Shown one piece after another: positions 38,214-42,153 of a stretch of DNA of 42,153 bases (the stretch's first letter is position 1; each line of letters begins with the position of its first letter). Below the pieces are notes generated by a model, which made no database searches, was not told the DNA's origin, and saw nothing but the letters and a program-made list of their open reading frames with translations. Location of the stretch: assembly GCF_001194135.2 (NCBI RefSeq), contig NC_068989.1:93688467-93730619 (forward strand), given 5' to 3'. This DNA is from Octopus bimaculoides (taxonomy: Eukaryota). The translations under genes and the position numbers were made by a program.

Positions 38214-39729
38214 AAAGAATATTACAGCCGAATAAAGAAAATTTGGACGTCAGAACTCTGCATTCAGTAAAACAATGGCCCACGATGTGTTTGCAGTGCC
38301 AGTTCTCATACCAACATTTTGGCTGCTTGACTGGACGCTTGATGAGATCTGAGCCATTGACGTGAAGACCCGAAAAATACTAGTAAGCACACATAATTTC
38401 CACATAAACAGTGATGTAGACCGCCTCTACCTAAAACGAAAACAAGGCAGCAGAGGTTTAACATCGATCCAAAATGGCTTTGAATGTCACATCATATCCC
38501 TTCGGCAATATCTTTTAACCACCAAGCGTCGAAGTTAATCCTTTGACCAAGTTTGTACACATGAGGCTAATAACTTCATAAGACTTCAAAGGCAGCCCTT
38601 TGAGCAACACTGTGTCTCATGCCCAAAGAAGTCGCACGACTCTACTGCAACATATTATCGGATGAAAAGATGAGCCAATATGAGCAGAATACTATGCAGG
38701 GATATGTTAGCAGAAAGCTCCGTGATGACAGTTACATCTTTCATCAAAGCAGTTTCTCGTGGACCTATAGCAAGATTACTACATCCCACTTTGAAGGGTA
38801 TGCGTTTGCAGTCCAGGAACAGGAAATATCAACCAGGTACCTGATGCACAAAAGGGACAGGGATGCGGGGGAAAGCCGTAAAATGTGACAACCTATGCAG
38901 ACTTTGTGGAGTACACACTGAAGATATCACCCACATCGTAAGCTGTTGTCTGAAAATGTCATCATGGTAATATCTACCGATGTGACATGACGTTGTAGCT
39001 AGGACACTCAATAATGAAATCAGTCGGAAGGATAATCTCGAGGACAAAGAAATAAGACCTCACAATATGGTAGAAGCCATAGCCACTCAAAATAAAAAGG
39101 AGTACTGGTGGAATGTCCCAGTAAAGACCCCAATAAATGTAAGCACAACAGATCTGATATAATGATTTGGGATAGAGAAGAGAAACTGTGCACAGTTGTG
39201 GAAATTAGCTGCTCAGCGGATGTTAACATAAAGCTGAAGATCGGTGAAGAAGAGAATACTTACGCTGAACTATTGAGAAATCTGCAGTGACTCTATTCAG
39301 ATTACAAGTTCAGGTTTATACCTGTAATTATTGGGGTCCTGGGATATGTAACACACTGCCTAAATACCAATCTTGAGAAATTAGGCTTCTAAAACCAGAA
39401 AGACTACAAATCCAATCCATCACTGGAACTGTAAAAATCTGTAAAACTTTCCAGAATTTATCATTTGAACGTATATGAGCAGGATAAGATGTGTAACTCT
39501 ATGCAAGAGAATAAATACCTAAAACATACAAATACGAACATACATACATACATAAATACGAACATACATACATACATACATACGTGCATACATACATACA
39601 TACATACATACAAACAAATACAAATACCCTGTTGTTGATGTTAAAATTCCAATGAAGGATACTTGGATCTAGGTTAGAAACCGGTTCTTTCTCTATTGGC
39701 ATGAAATCTTGAAATAAATTGAATAATGA
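38214..39729 (+). mobile_element. 5'-truncated, decayed R4/Dong-type non-LTR retrotransposon (RT C-terminus, CCHC knuckle, restriction-like endonuclease, 3' UTR)
   Basis: KEYYSRIKKIWTSEL, FAVPVLIPTF..DWT..EI..IDVKTRK, DVDRLYLKRKQGSRGL, EGYAFAVQEQEIST, CRLCGVHTEDITHIVSCC (from 38896), HDVVAR, HNRSDIMIWD..VEISC..D.NI..K, FIPVIIGVLG; several stops and frameshifts. Confidence 0.9.
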
Positions 39730-39738
39730 CATACATAC

Positions 39739-39772
<34 letters not shown>

Positions 39773-39840
39773 NNNNNNNNNNNNNNNNNNNNNNNNNNNN
39801 NNNNNNNNNNTGTGTGTGTGTGTGTGTGTGTGTACTTCAG

Positions 39841-40030
39841 TCTTTTTGTTTTTTCGCTCATTAGGCTGCAGTCATGCTGGGACACCACGCTCACAAATTT
39901 TTAGTCGAATTAATTGACTCCGGAATCTAACTATTTTAAGGCCTGGCACTTATCTTATCGGTCTCTTTCGCCGAACCGCTATATTACGGGAACTTAAACA
40001 CATCAGCACTATTTGTCAAGCAGTGCTGGG
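39841..40030 (-). mobile_element. SINE family B 3' part
   Basis: GCTGCAGTCATGCTGGGACACCAC...TTTAGTCGAATTAATTGAC...TCTCTTTCGCCGAACCGCTA is the reverse complement of the family B tail and body. Confidence 0.6.
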
Positions 40031-40329
40031 GAGAATGTCACACATTCTGATTGAATCTTCCATGCGTCAGCATCCAACTTCTTGCGACAATGTAACCTTT
40101 AATCTAATCGAGATATCCTTGGCCTGAAAAGTAGCGGGCGGTATACACATCGCTTGGATTTTAACTACTTTTGAGGTCCAGCTCGTTGTGAAACATATGT
40201 AGCCCGGATCGTACCTACTCCGTTTCGTAACACTTGTACTCTTATTCGTATACCTAACAAACCTGTTCACCTATCGTGGAATATAAAAAGAACTTTTTTC
40301 AGCTTATCGTTTTTCGATACGAAAAGATT

Positions 40330-40387
40330 CCACAATCCGGAACCATGTGGTTGGGAAGGAAGCTTCTTACGACATAGCCACGTCTAC
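40330..40387 (-). mobile_element. SINE family B head
   Basis: Minus strand GTAGACGTGGCTATGTCGTAAGAAGCTTCCTTCCCAACCACATGGTTCCGGATTG. Confidence 0.7.
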
Positions 40388-40581
40388 ATGTATATATGTA
40401 TGTTGCGCATTATTCTTGTGGCATGTATATGAGGTACCGATTTTATCGGTGCTCTTCAACTTGCGTCAATTTGATTCTGAACCATTTATTGTTGAAACGA
40501 TCGCAACAAAGGTATAAATGTAATACTAAAACTTCCATTCTTCCTCTCTTTTAATCCGCAATCTCTCTCTATTTCTCTTTA

Positions 40582-40640
<59 letters not shown>

Positions 40641-42112
40641 ACATGCATACATGTATGTGCGTGTGTGTGTCGTTTGTAGATGAACTTTAGAGAAGGTATG
40701 CACGCACACATTGTAAACGTCAAGATGATATCAATGTCGACATGTTTTTATCCAGCGACATTAATTTCAAATTTGATAATGCTACTCTTCTATCCATTAT
40801 TTCCTTTAATGCATTGCATTACTATTTATTGTAAAATTTATTCAAATATTCAAATATTGCATTAATTATCTGTTGTAAATGAAAGGCTTGTGTAAATTCC
40901 CAGCATGTGACCTGGGTTTAAGTATGTTACAAAGAGCGTCATTTCGATATCCGTTAATTAGGAAAACGCTATGAACACCGACAGAAATTGGTACGACATA
41001 GTACTTTTATAATTGCCTTTTTTTGTTAAAATCCCCTCACTAAATCCCCTTGGGATCAACACGCCCCAAACTAATTTCTCTTTCCATGAATAAGCTTTAG
41101 AATATTGGAAACACATTTGTCTGTAAAATAAATATGAGACAACAATTTCTTAGCTGAATAATGTGTTATTCATATTGTAATAAACGTTATGTTAAATGAA
41201 TGACGAGTTCAGAGGTCAACCTATCATTCAATGACAGTTTTAAAACATAATTCAAATGCACAAGTCGTTTGAATTTTCTGATAGAAACAGTTCTATACCA
41301 GAGAAAGACAGGGAGTGGGGGCGAGCCCTGATACTTTTTCTAAATTTTTGATGTTTTCTATAACGTATTTTGAATATATTTTTGCTGAAAAGCATTTTGA
41401 ATATAAAATATTTCTAATTTCAGAAAGAACATTCATAATGGTTTTAAGTAATTTACAACTTTAATTTAGGGCATAACATTTACATATAACATTATTACTA
41501 ATGTAAGAACTTGATTAAATTTTAATTGGAATTAATGAAATTTATATTGGATATGACAATTTCGTATAGGAAGGTATTTTAGCGCTCAATGAAGAGGTGA
41601 GGTATTATAGATGCAAATTTAATTATTGAAAAAATTATAAAATTGAGAACAAACATATAACCTGAAAAAGAAAAAAAAACATCTTCTAGCTTTAGACGAT
41701 AGTAATGCTATTCCAGTGACAATTTGAGACCCGTGTTTTGCCGTGTCTGGAGGACACATTTGTACATCTCAAGTAAACAACAGTGGAGCTTTGAAAGATC
41801 AGAAGTAGAACACTAAAAAGAAATATTCGAATTTCATGAAAAGAGAATACATTCCTTTCTTTCTCAAAGAGAGTGATTGAAAGATTTCTAGCATGAAGAA
41901 ACTGCACACACACACACACGCACACAGAGCGAGCGGATAATTAACAGAATAATATATTTCTAGTAAATTTTAAATTGAAAAAGATTTGCTTGATCGATGT
42001 GATCATCTCTTTCAATTATCCTTAATACGGCCTATATGACTTGTTATTTTATAATGTCTTCTGTAACGTATCCTATCATTTCAAACAAGATCGATCCCAT
42101 CTTGGGAGTAAT

Positions 42113-42153
<41 letters not shown>

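Overview
AT-rich animal genomic DNA, almost entirely non-coding, very rich in di-, tri- and tetranucleotide microsatellites, with seven N gaps that each abut or lie next to a microsatellite. The tRNA-derived SINE families and repeat density suggest an octopus (coleoid cephalopod); this is inference. No complete protein-coding gene, tRNA, rRNA or CRISPR array is supportable, and most ORF-track entries are translated microsatellites or gaps. Best-supported features: about 20 SINE copies or fragments from three families, a 5'-truncated decayed R4/Dong-type non-LTR retrotransposon (38214-39729), a mariner transposase N-terminal relic (11799-11985, minus) and a 193-bp element with 28-bp TIRs (18531-18723). 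Most interesting observations: two decayed minimal hammerhead-ribozyme motifs (1435-1480 minus, inside a B-box-bearing SINE-like unit; 27137-27184 plus, inside a perfect 13-bp inverted repeat); the R4/Dong copy flanked on both sides by (CATA)n, suggesting microsatellite targeting; an orphan CCAAT + heat-shock element + TATA module (9594-9660); a 27-bp hairpin minisatellite grown from a SINE B-box (12367-12527); and several long fold-back structures. All alignments and folds were done by eye, so identities are approximate.
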